From: an uncultured Anaerolineaceae bacterium
Lineage (GTDB): Bacteria > Chloroflexota > Anaerolineae > Anaerolineales > UBA11579
DNA length: 64,000 nucleotides
Direction: 5' to 3'
Assembly: GCA_964572455.1 (NCBI GenBank)
Contig: CAZNFL010000002.1
Location: forward strand, 1,423-65,422
Part shown: one piece after another, positions 10,518-18,114 of the stretch
How positions within the stretch are numbered: the first letter of the stretch is position 1
Layout: every line of letters starts with the position of its first letter
Notes under the pieces: model-generated
Seen by the model: only the letters and a program-made list of their open reading frames with translations
Database searches by the model: none
What the model was told of the DNA's origin: nothing
Program-made: the position numbers and the translations under genes

Positions 10518-10616
10518 CTATTTCTTTTGTGGCTGTTTGTAGTAAAGCCGTTTTCCTGGTGCACCTTTGATCGCTTTTATTGTGCGCTGAACATCATCCA
10601 TTTCCAAAACCGAAAA
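10518..10616 (-). pseudogene. C-terminal fragment of an IS1595-family transposase
   Basis: FSVLEMDDVQRTIKAIKGAPGKRLYYKQPQKK* resembles the D..RT..A.KG..GKRL.Y tail of IS1595 transposases; there is an in-frame stop immediately upstream. Confidence 0.6.
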
Positions 10617-10927
10617 CTAAAAAAATAGCTGTAAAGGTCATCAACCACTACGGTGACGAGGTTATGAAAGTAATCGAAATAAAGTAGTCTCGGTCTACTT
10701 GCAGCAAAAGCAATCCCTTGATTTTTGCCGCCTTTTGCCCCCCAAATCCGCCCTTTCTGCGACAATCGCCCCCAGCGGGGTGTGGGGCCAGCGGCCCCAC
10801 GAAAAGGTTTTTGCTAACCTTAGAAAAAATGAGGGTCTTGTGTTTGCGGAAACCATTCGTTACAAAATCTCCTGAACCGCTTGTGTCCGCTATGACAACT
10901 TGGAGCTAAGAGTTATATAATCCCACC

Positions 10928-12154
10928 ATGGTCACCCTTTCAGATCGGCTAAAAGCCCTCGGCCTCCAAATCGGGACCAGCGACTTGCGGCCCAAGCCTC
11001 CGCGCGACGAGCATCCCATCGAATCCGTCGTCGGCGGGCGGCTGCAGGAAACCGAATTTGGTCCGGCCTTCATTGTGGAGCGCTTCATCCCCGCCGATGA
11101 GCTCTACGGCGAGGCGCCCCTGCGCTTCCCCACCATGATGGAAAAACTGGCCGCCTGGGGCGCGGATACCCGGCTGGCCCTGCTCTCTCCCGAGCGTTTC
11201 GTCTTCCTGGATACCGAGACCACCGGCGTGTGGGGCTCCGGTACCATGGCCTTCCTGGTCGGTCTGGGCCGTTTCGAAGCCGGCGGCTTCCTCCAGACCC
11301 AATATTTCCTGCGCGAGCCCATTGAGGAACGCGCCATGCTGGAGGCCCTAAATCGCCAAATTGGCAGCCAGGATGCCTTGGTCACCTTCAACGGCAAGAG
11401 CTTTGATCTCCCCCTGCTCAAATCCCGTTATCTCACCAACGCCTTCCCGCACCCCTTCAACAGCCTTCCCCACCTGGATCTGCTGCACTTGGCGCGCCGC
11501 TTGTGGCGCGATCTGCTGCCCAGCCGGGCGCTCGGGGACTTGGAAGTGAATCTATTGAAGGTGTATCGCACCCAGCAAGATATCCCCGGCTGGATGATCC
11601 CCCAAATGTATATCGACTATCTCCACACCGGCGACGCCCGGCCCCTGGCCAGCGTCTTCTATCACAACAGTATGGATGTGCTCAGCATGGCCGCTCTACT
11701 TTCACACCTGGCCGCCAAGCTGGCCGCGCCGTTGGAAGAGTTCGAGCATCACAGTGAGTTGTATGCCATCGGCCGCCTGTACGCAGATACCGGCTTCGCC
11801 GAAGAGGCCATCGGCGTGTTCCAAAGCACGCTTTCGATGGAACTGCCGGCTGACACCCGCTACCGCTTGGTGGAGAATTTGGCCTGCCTGTTTCGCCGCC
11901 GTGGCGATTATGAAGCCGCCTTGCAGCTTTGGGAGCAAGCCGCCACTGATGGGCATGTTTATGCCCATGTGGAAATTGCCAAGTATTACGAACACCGCAC
12001 CGGTGATTACACCGTCGCCATCCAGTACACCCAACGTGCTATCAAGCTAGTCGAAAAGCGAAAAACGCCCGAGCTTGAGCGTTTGCACTGGCAGCCTTTG
12101 CTAACCCACCGTTTGGCGCGCCTGGAGCGTAAGGCAGCTCGCCGCACAATTTAA
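10928..12154 (+). CDS. mrfB: RNase H-like (DEDD) exonuclease with C-terminal TPR (MrfB/YprB-like)
   Basis: FLDTETTG, TFNGKSFDLP, HLDLLHLARRLW, HNSMDVLS, C-terminal TPR with AKYYEH; usual partner of MrfA. Confidence 0.85.
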   Translation: MVTLSDRLKALGLQIGTSDLRPKPPRDEHPIESVVGGRLQETEFGPAFIVERFIPADELYGEAPLRFPTMMEKLAAWGADTRLALLSPERFVFLDTETTGVWGSGTMAFLVGLGRFEAGGFLQTQYFLREPIEERAMLEALNRQIGSQDALVTFNGKSFDLPLLKSRYLTNAFPHPFNSLPHLDLLHLARRLWRDLLPSRALGDLEVNLLKVYRTQQDIPGWMIPQMYIDYLHTGDARPLASVFYHNSMDVLSMAALLSHLAAKLAAPLEEFEHHSELYAIGRLYADTGFAEEAIGVFQSTLSMELPADTRYRLVENLACLFRRRGDYEAALQLWEQAATDGHVYAHVEIAKYYEHRTGDYTVAIQYTQRAIKLVEKRKTPELERLHWQPLLTHRLARLERKAARRTI

Positions 12155-12630
12155 GGCGCCTTTTTTCTTTTAGCAGCCTTCGGCCTTTCATGGCGGCTAG
12201 GGAATATGCCTTCACCTTCTTCAAGTTTTTTGATTTGTTTGATGGAGTCTTCGATCAACTCCGTCAGCACTTGTTTGTCGATGTCCGCCAGCCGTTTGAC
12301 ATACAGGCAGACCACCCCGGTCTTATATTTGCCTAGTTTGCTCATCAGGTCCGGTCTGGCTTCGAAACCCTCCACCACATAGATGGTCAGGTTTTGTTTG
12401 CGCGGCGAGAAACCGGTCAAACCGGAATCCCCTTCGCGGCCTGAGGCATATTTGTAGTGATACCTTCCAAAGCCGACCATACTTGTGCCCCACATTACCG
12501 GGTCAGCCTTGGTGATCTTTTTCATCAAGGCCACCAGTTCAAAGCAATCGCGCCGCGTGCCTTCGTCCGATATTTTCTTCAGAAAGTTTTCGACGCTTTT
12601 GGTTGTCGGTTTGGTTTTCGTTTCTGCCAT
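12151..12630 (-). CDS. DUF1801 (YdhG-like) domain protein
   Basis: MWGTSMVGFGRYHYKYASGREG, GFSPRKQNLT, LGKYKTG..CLYVKRL; GGGAG RBS before ATG 12630. Confidence 0.85.
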   Translation of the reverse strand: MAETKTKPTTKSVENFLKKISDEGTRRDCFELVALMKKITKADPVMWGTSMVGFGRYHYKYASGREGDSGLTGFSPRKQNLTIYVVEGFEARPDLMSKLGKYKTGVVCLYVKRLADIDKQVLTELIEDSIKQIKKLEEGEGIFPSRHERPKAAKRKKAP

Positions 12631-12642
12631 GTCTCCCTTGGG

Positions 12643-12678
12643 TGTCATTCTGAGGCGAGCTCGGCGAGCCGAAGAATC
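12643..12678. repeat. REP-like palindromic element (TGTCATTCTGAGGCG family)
   Basis: The first 35 nt match 54961-54995 with one mismatch. Confidence 0.8.
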
Positions 12679-12787
12679 CTCACTGTGATGTCTTCCATAG
12701 TACCTGTTGCTGCAAATAATGCAAGAGTCAAACTAGAAGACATCAGTTTCTCCGCCCACTTCATAAGCCCTACTCTTGGTGCTGGAT

Positions 12788-12901
12788 TTAGCTTTGCTCG
12801 GCGGGAGCGAAGAAAACCAATAATTCCAGATCTTCTTCGATATCGACGAACTTATGTTGCGCGCCGGCTTCCACAAACAAGACCGCGCCGGGGAAGGCAT
12901 C
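12788..12901 (-). pseudogene. 3' fragment of an interrupted cupin gene
   Basis: DAFPGAVLFVEAGAQHKFVDIEEDLELLVFFAPAEQS* is a cupin motif 2 plus C-terminus. Confidence 0.7.
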
Positions 12902-13022
12902 GGTTTGCGTTACTGGCGCTGGGGAGGGTGTGGACTCTGCTTGGGAGCAGGAAAAACTCGAAGCCAGAAAATGCTTGTAAACCGCGCAGAATCCCCAGCG
13001 TCCAGTGCACGCTGTGTTAGCC
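12895..13022 (-). mobile_element. Integron attC-like site
   Basis: Minus strand GGCTAAC-acagcgtgc-ACTGGACGCTGGGGA ... TCCCCAGCGCCAGT-aacgcaaacc-GAT. Inverted arms with one unpaired base, about 128 bp, 40 nt downstream of a gene stop. The R' box reads GAT rather than GTT. Confidence 0.65.
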
Positions 13023-13062
13023 ATCTTCTCCCCATTCTGCTCTTCTGATCGATAGAACAACA

Positions 13063-13446
13063 TCAAATCGTTGGCTGCCATATACCCTTGACATAAGTAG
13101 CTTCTGATTCGCCTGGCCAAGGCGGCATGGTGATGCAAATGAACTTCAATTCTACGTCTGAAACATTTCGGTATTGAAATGCTGTTCCTACTGGAATATC
13201 AATTGATGTGCCTGGAACAAGAACAGTGATGCTGCTCTCTTTGCCGTCATCTCTCCAAATCTCACCATGTCCCTCCAACACATACCAGAATTCACTCACC
13301 GTTGCGTGAACAGTCGCTTTATTTATTTGGTGCGGAGGGACAGTACTATGGATCATGTCGCCCGTTTTGCCATCCATAATGAAGCGAATGTCTGCACCTG
13401 CTGGCGATTTCGCATCGGGTTCCTCTGGAAGCATTGTTGTCTTCAT
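13063..13446 (-). CDS. Cupin domain protein (gene-cassette ORF)
   Basis: SPAGADIR, HATVSEFWYVLEGHGEIWR, IPVGTAFQYRN, CITMPPWPG; GAGGAG RBS; followed by an attC-like site. Confidence 0.85.
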   Translation of the reverse strand: MKTTMLPEEPDAKSPAGADIRFIMDGKTGDMIHSTVPPHQINKATVHATVSEFWYVLEGHGEIWRDDGKESSITVLVPGTSIDIPVGTAFQYRNVSDVELKFICITMPPWPGESEATYVKGIWQPTI

Positions 13447-13492
13447 ACTTCTCTCCTCAAATTTCATCTGCTGCTTTTTTGAAGCATCAGTT

Positions 13493-13653
13493 GTAATAAA
13501 CCTCATCTTGCTTGTGAGGGGATTGCAGGTCGGTGCCACCGGCAGGCAAGCGATACAGCCCCAGGCTCATGGCTGGCTCGCGCAGGAATTCAGAATATCT
13601 TTCTTTGCTTGTGGCTGCTTGTTTACGATCTTTTCAAGATCAAAGCTTTGCAT
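13493..13653 (-). pseudogene. 5' fragment of the interrupted cupin gene (one frameshift)
   Basis: AAGGAG + [16 protein letters not shown], frameshift, then [38 protein letters not shown] (cupin motif 1), then an abrupt end. Confidence 0.7.
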
Positions 13654-13684
13654 AGCTCTGCTCCTTTTATGGCTCCAGCGGCGC

Positions 13685-13726
13685 ATACAGCTCGGCCAGC
13701 GCAGCTTGCCCCACCTCACCTTGCAG
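13685..13726 (-). repeat. Diverged direct repeat of the lipoprotein gene 3' end (other copy 15425-15466)
   Basis: 35/42 nt identical; both copies encode LQGEVGQAALAELY and all 7 differences are synonymous. Confidence 0.8.
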
Positions 13727-13807
13727 GGCAAGGCCGGTAAGGCAAGCCCACCCCACTTTCTATCGCCCCGCACTGTCTTGTCTGGAGTTCAGTGACAAAG
13801 CACGGTT

Positions 13808-15346
13808 TTAGTTAGAATCATTCTTTGGTAACCAATTGAAATAGATGTCTTCGAACTTCGCAGAACTTCCAGGAATAAATTCAACATCCACATTCCCTTT
13901 ATTAGCTGTGGCATAAGATTCCAAAAGTTGCTTTCCGCCCTTTATTTTCATTGTCTCAAATTTCCGTGAAAATCGTCCTAAAGAAAAACTTCTTCCTAGC
14001 AACTCAAATTCCATATTTGAGTCTTCAATTGCCAATCCCGCCTCGTCCCTTTCGCCAAATAATTTCATTAGCTCGGACGGCCCGCCACGTTTCATGTTTA
14101 TGGTCACAACACCTGAAAACGTACCACTCTTTTTTCCAGTAGTTATGATTGTATATAAATTCAGTATCCCCGGAATACTATTACCCTCTGGATCTAGTTC
14201 CCTTGTTTCAATGTTTGTGTTTAATTGGTCGTTAATAAAGGTCAATTTTTCAAAAAACTCGAGAACTTTAGGATCAAACTGAACGCCATCATCTTGTATC
14301 TCCATATTTATAAATTCCCTTTCTTCTTGGAGAAAAACAGCCCTCAATTTACAACCGGTCGAAATAAACTTGGCCAATTTTAGGTATCGAAGGGATTCTT
14401 TCGTTGTAGCAAAGTGCCGGTTAAAAGTTATCGTTAGGTGAGTTTGCTTAGAGATCATATTTGATCTAATTCGTATTTTAAATGGCTGCGACTGAAATTC
14501 ATTTGAAACTGTTATTTCCTCCGACCCCATTCGCTCGGTGCGCAACTCAATGTAGTCAAAAGTTATTTTGTCTTCTTTGGAAATAAACTCAAGCTTAATT
14601 GGCCTCGGCTCCGCCTTGGGGTTGGACTTGATTTCCAGCTCATAATTTATTCCTGACGAGGGCATATTGGTAAGCCACTTGAACCAGACGGGAGCCTCGA
14701 ACTCCTTTATGTACTTACTGGGAATTCGAGTTGCTGCTCCAGTTTTAAAGAAATTATCCAACGATGCTGCGGCTTCTTTCCCAATGGCGTCACTGGAAAA
14801 ATCGAACTCAAGTTTTCCGGGCACCCCTTCAGCTCCCGCTAGGATTGGCAAAAACTTTAAATACCATGTTTTAAAGGTCGATTCAAATTTTCTAAAGCCG
14901 TCGTGGTCAAAAGTGTTGACTAAAGGGATTCTTACAGTAAGCGAATCTTTAGAGATCCAGCTCGGGTTTACTTCGGTTTGTGACTGTGCGTAATTGTGAA
15001 TTTCGACCCAATAGCCTGCTTGATTTGGAGGTACCCAAAGTACTAGAAAAACGGGCACCTGCTTTTGCTTCCATAAATCTATATGGGCTGTCTTTATATT
15101 TACTTGATAGGCATTAGCCTTCTTCAGCCTTTTTGGATTTGTTGATGTTTTTACTTGAACGAGAAAAAACATGCCAGTTACTTCATTATTTACTACGATC
15201 TTTACTAGTTGATCTTCGCCGAAATCAGTAAAACCATCTAGACCATCTACCAACCAACCGTGGTTTTCAAATTGCTCGCGTACCTTTAACTGCCCCTGGC
15301 TCGCTATTCGATGTGAATCAGGCCGCTTGATTCTTTTTCGCGTCAT
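13808..15346 (-). CDS. DUF4365 domain protein (putative restriction-like nuclease)
   Basis: N-terminal DFGEDQLV..FFLVQVKTS..W...VPVFLVLW; AT-rich relative to its flanks. Confidence 0.75.
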   Translation of the reverse strand: MTRKRIKRPDSHRIASQGQLKVREQFENHGWLVDGLDGFTDFGEDQLVKIVVNNEVTGMFFLVQVKTSTNPKRLKKANAYQVNIKTAHIDLWKQKQVPVFLVLWVPPNQAGYWVEIHNYAQSQTEVNPSWISKDSLTVRIPLVNTFDHDGFRKFESTFKTWYLKFLPILAGAEGVPGKLEFDFSSDAIGKEAAASLDNFFKTGAATRIPSKYIKEFEAPVWFKWLTNMPSSGINYELEIKSNPKAEPRPIKLEFISKEDKITFDYIELRTERMGSEEITVSNEFQSQPFKIRIRSNMISKQTHLTITFNRHFATTKESLRYLKLAKFISTGCKLRAVFLQEEREFINMEIQDDGVQFDPKVLEFFEKLTFINDQLNTNIETRELDPEGNSIPGILNLYTIITTGKKSGTFSGVVTINMKRGGPSELMKLFGERDEAGLAIEDSNMEFELLGRSFSLGRFSRKFETMKIKGGKQLLESYATANKGNVDVEFIPGSSAKFEDIYFNWLPKNDSN

Positions 15347-15412
15347 CTTGGTCCCCAACGGGGTAAAAAAGAAGTTTAACACAAAAAGAATATATGTTCT
15401 AGACTTACATCT

Positions 15413-16135
15413 TTATTTCCTCTCATATAGCTCTGCCAGCGCCGCCTGTCCTACCTCGCCTTGCAGGCAAGCCAGCAGTTGGCGCGCCGCGCCGCTCGGC
15501 TCCCCAGCTGCCAGCGCCAGCACCGGAAGTTCCACTTCGAGCTCAATGGCCCGCACGGACTCGTCCGCCCACGCCGCCGGCAAGATGCCCGCCGCCGCCG
15601 GGTCAGCCGCCACCGCAGCCAAGACGTCTTCGGGATTAGTAGCCAGGTTAGCCGCGCCAGTCACCGGGCTGCCCAGCAGCACATCGGCCTCGAACGCCTG
15701 GCGCGCCTCGTCACTCTCCGGCCCCACCCACAGGCTCACGGCCGCCGCTTCGCCAGCCAGCTCGCTCCAATCCTCGACGCGGCCGCTGAACAGGTCCGCC
15801 AGTTGGGATCTGCTCAAGTCCAATTCGTTGTCTGGATGAAGCACAACGACAATATTTTCCCAGGCCACTTGGGCGGCGAACTCCGGTTCCTCCGCCGGTT
15901 CCCCGAGTCGCACAAAAAGGTCAACGTCATCCAGATCTACAAAATTGGCGTAGCGGGCTTCCAGTTTCGCGGATAAGTTTTCGACATTTGGCATGCAGGC
16001 AGCCACTGCCGCGCTTACTGGCTGCGCCGCCGGGCTGAGGACGATGTGCAAGCTGGGGCCGGCTTCTGGCTGTGGGCTGCAAGCGCTCACCAGCATACTG
16101 AAACCAAGGAGCAAGCCGAACTTGAAAGTCTTCAT
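15413..16135 (-). CDS. Substrate-binding lipoprotein (PBP/PstS-like domain)
   Basis: Lipobox LVSAC; IVVVLHPDN..LSRSQLADLFSGRVEDWSEL; ATG overlaps the uppP stop. The longer track ORF to 16783 is a shadow extension. Confidence 0.75.
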   Translation of the reverse strand: MKTFKFGLLLGFSMLVSACSPQPEAGPSLHIVLSPAAQPVSAAVAACMPNVENLSAKLEARYANFVDLDDVDLFVRLGEPAEEPEFAAQVAWENIVVVLHPDNELDLSRSQLADLFSGRVEDWSELAGEAAAVSLWVGPESDEARQAFEADVLLGSPVTGAANLATNPEDVLAAVAADPAAAGILPAAWADESVRAIELEVELPVLALAAGEPSGAARQLLACLQGEVGQAALAELYERK

Positions 16136-16944
16136 GCCATCACGCTGATGAAGATGGCGGCTGCTCCGACCACCACGCAATAAATAGCGAAAGGCAACGA
16201 GGAGTGGCGCGATAAATAATTGAGCAGCCAGCGGATGCTCAAGTAACCCACGAAAGTGGACACGATGAAACCGATCACCAACGGAAGCAGCAGCCCGCTG
16301 GCGCTGGGCAGGCTGCCGAGGTCGAGCAAGGCCACCACCGCCGCCGCGGGCATGATCGGCACCGCCAACAGGAAAGCGAAGCGCGCCGCCTCTGGGCGGG
16401 TGAAATTGCGCGTCAGGCCCCCGGCCAGCGTGGCCGCCGAGCGCGAGACGGCCGGCAGCAAAGCCGCCGCCTGGAATACGCCGACCCAAACCGCGTCCAC
16501 CGCGTTTGCGTCCTTCAACGCCCGCGTGCGGCGCCCAACCCACTCGGCGACCGCCAGCAGCAAGGCGTTGGTCAGCAGGAAGACGCCGGTCAGCAGCAGG
16601 GCGCTGACCTGGCCGGTCATGGCGTCTTTGATCAGCCAGCCGGCGATCACCGCCGGCACCGTGGCCAGCCCCAACAGCCAGCCGAGGCGCGCCTGCGGCG
16701 CCGGCTGGCCGCGCAAGCCGCGCCACATATCCGCGGCGATCGCCACCAGGTCCCTCCAGTAATAGATCAGGATCGCAACCCAAGTCCCTAGCTGTATCAG
16801 GACATCGAAGATAAAAGCCGAGTGCGCTTCCTGTTGGATGCCGAGCAGTTGGCGGACCAGCAGCAGATGGCCGGAGCTTGAGACGGGCAGGAATTCGGTG
16901 ACCCCCTGGACCACACCTAGCAAAATGGCTTCAATGAGATTCAT
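16132..16944 (-). CDS. uppP: Undecaprenyl-diphosphate phosphatase
   Basis: GVVQGVTEFLPVSSSGH, PAVSRSAAT, ARFAFLLA motifs. Confidence 0.93.
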   Translation of the reverse strand: MNLIEAILLGVVQGVTEFLPVSSSGHLLLVRQLLGIQQEAHSAFIFDVLIQLGTWVAILIYYWRDLVAIAADMWRGLRGQPAPQARLGWLLGLATVPAVIAGWLIKDAMTGQVSALLLTGVFLLTNALLLAVAEWVGRRTRALKDANAVDAVWVGVFQAAALLPAVSRSAATLAGGLTRNFTRPEAARFAFLLAVPIMPAAAVVALLDLGSLPSASGLLLPLVIGFIVSTFVGYLSIRWLLNYLSRHSSLPFAIYCVVVGAAAIFISVMA

Positions 16945-16974
16945 GGCGGTTGTGGCTTGGAAAGAGGCTTAATC

Positions 16975-18111
16975 TTACTCGAGCCGCGCGTTTGGCTCAA
17001 CGCTAGCAGCTTGGCGCAGGTTCAGGCTCGAGACAAAGGTTTCGAAGTCGCCGCGCAGCACGGCCGCGCGCAGGTCCTTGGTTAACTGGATGAGCGTGTA
17101 CACATTGTGGATCGACAGCAGCGTCGCCGCCAGCATCTCTTTCGCCTGGATCAGATGGCGCAAATAAGCCCGGCTGAACTTGCGGCAGGTATAGCAGCCG
17201 CACCCTTCGTCTATCGGGGCGCTGTCCCGGCTGAATTCGGCACTCTTCAAATTAAGGCGCTCCCCCGAGCGCAGGAATACTGCGTTATTCCGCCCCAGCC
17301 GCGTAGGCAGCACGCAATCGAACAAGTCCATCCCGCGCCGCACGCCTTCCACCAGGTCCTCCGGCGTGCCCACGCCCATCAGATAGCGCGGTTTGTCCTC
17401 CGGCAAGCTGGCGTCCACGATCTCCAGCATGCGGTGCAAGTCCTGCTTGCTTTCCCCCACCGAAAGGCCGCCGATGGCGTGGCCCTCAAAGCCCAACGAG
17501 GCGATGAACTCGGCCGATTCCTGGCGCAGTTCGGGGAACACGCCGCCTTGCACGATGCCGAACAGGGCCTGGTCCTTGCGGCGCTTCGCCTCCAGGCAGC
17601 GCTGCGCCCATGCATGGGTGCGCGCCACGGCCTGCTCGTTGTATGCCTGGTCATTGGGGTCAGCGCACTCGTCCAGCACCATGATGATGTCCGCTCCCAG
17701 GTTCTCCTGGATGGCCATCACCTTTTCCGGGGTAAAGCGGTGCGTGGACCCGTCCAGGTGGCTGCGAAAGGTGACGCCTTCGGCATCCACCTCACGCCGC
17801 GCCGCCAGCGAAAACACCTGGAAGCCGCCCGAGTCGGTCAGGATCGGCCCGGGCCATTGCATGAACTCGTGCAGCCCGCCCAGCTCAGCCACCAATTCGT
17901 CCCCCGGCCGTAAATACAGGTGATAGGTATTGGCCAGCACCAGGCTGGCGCCCATCTCTTCCAACTGGGCTGGGGTGATTGCCTTGACGGTCGCCTGGGT
18001 ACCCACCGGAGCAAAGACCGGTGTCTCCAGCTCCCCATGCGGCGTGAAAAAACGCCCGGCCCGCGCCCGGCCGCTCTTCCCTTCCAGTTGAAATTGAAAC
18101 AGGCTTGCCAC
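16975..18111 (-). CDS. tgt: tRNA-guanine transglycosylase
   Basis: ANTYHL, TDSGGFQVFSL, GIVQGG, GGLSVGE, YLMGVG, DCVLPTR, CxCxxC zinc site. Confidence 0.96.
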   Translation of the reverse strand: MASLFQFQLEGKSGRARAGRFFTPHGELETPVFAPVGTQATVKAITPAQLEEMGASLVLANTYHLYLRPGDELVAELGGLHEFMQWPGPILTDSGGFQVFSLAARREVDAEGVTFRSHLDGSTHRFTPEKVMAIQENLGADIIMVLDECADPNDQAYNEQAVARTHAWAQRCLEAKRRKDQALFGIVQGGVFPELRQESAEFIASLGFEGHAIGGLSVGESKQDLHRMLEIVDASLPEDKPRYLMGVGTPEDLVEGVRRGMDLFDCVLPTRLGRNNAVFLRSGERLNLKSAEFSRDSAPIDEGCGCYTCRKFSRAYLRHLIQAKEMLAATLLSIHNVYTLIQLTKDLRAAVLRGDFETFVSSLNLRQAASVEPNARLE

Positions 18112-18114
18112 TAA

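Larger units (their letters stand above)
9485..10616 (-). mobile_element. Truncated IS1595-family element with passenger genes
   Basis: End-like sequence ggtgattatgtac at 9485-9497; transposase C-terminal remnant at 10518-10616; small basic ORF of the kind found downstream of IS1595 transposases (from recollection). Transposase 5' part and the other end are not found. Confidence 0.55.

Noticed and set aside
10765-10805. oriT-like GC hairpin (ggggtgtggggccagcggccccac)
   Set aside because: Suggestive of a mobile-element motif, but no relaxase or rep gene and no recognisable nick site support it.
10905-10927. Second IS1595 terminal inverted repeat (reverse complement ggtgggattatataactcttagc)
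   Set aside because: It matches the 9485 end only with gaps and is equally explained as the mrfB -10 box; no target-site duplication was found.
16136-16783. N-terminal 216 aa of the 456-aa track ORF
   Set aside because: Out-of-frame overlap with uppP; the real lipoprotein starts at ATG 16135 with a signal peptide and lipobox.
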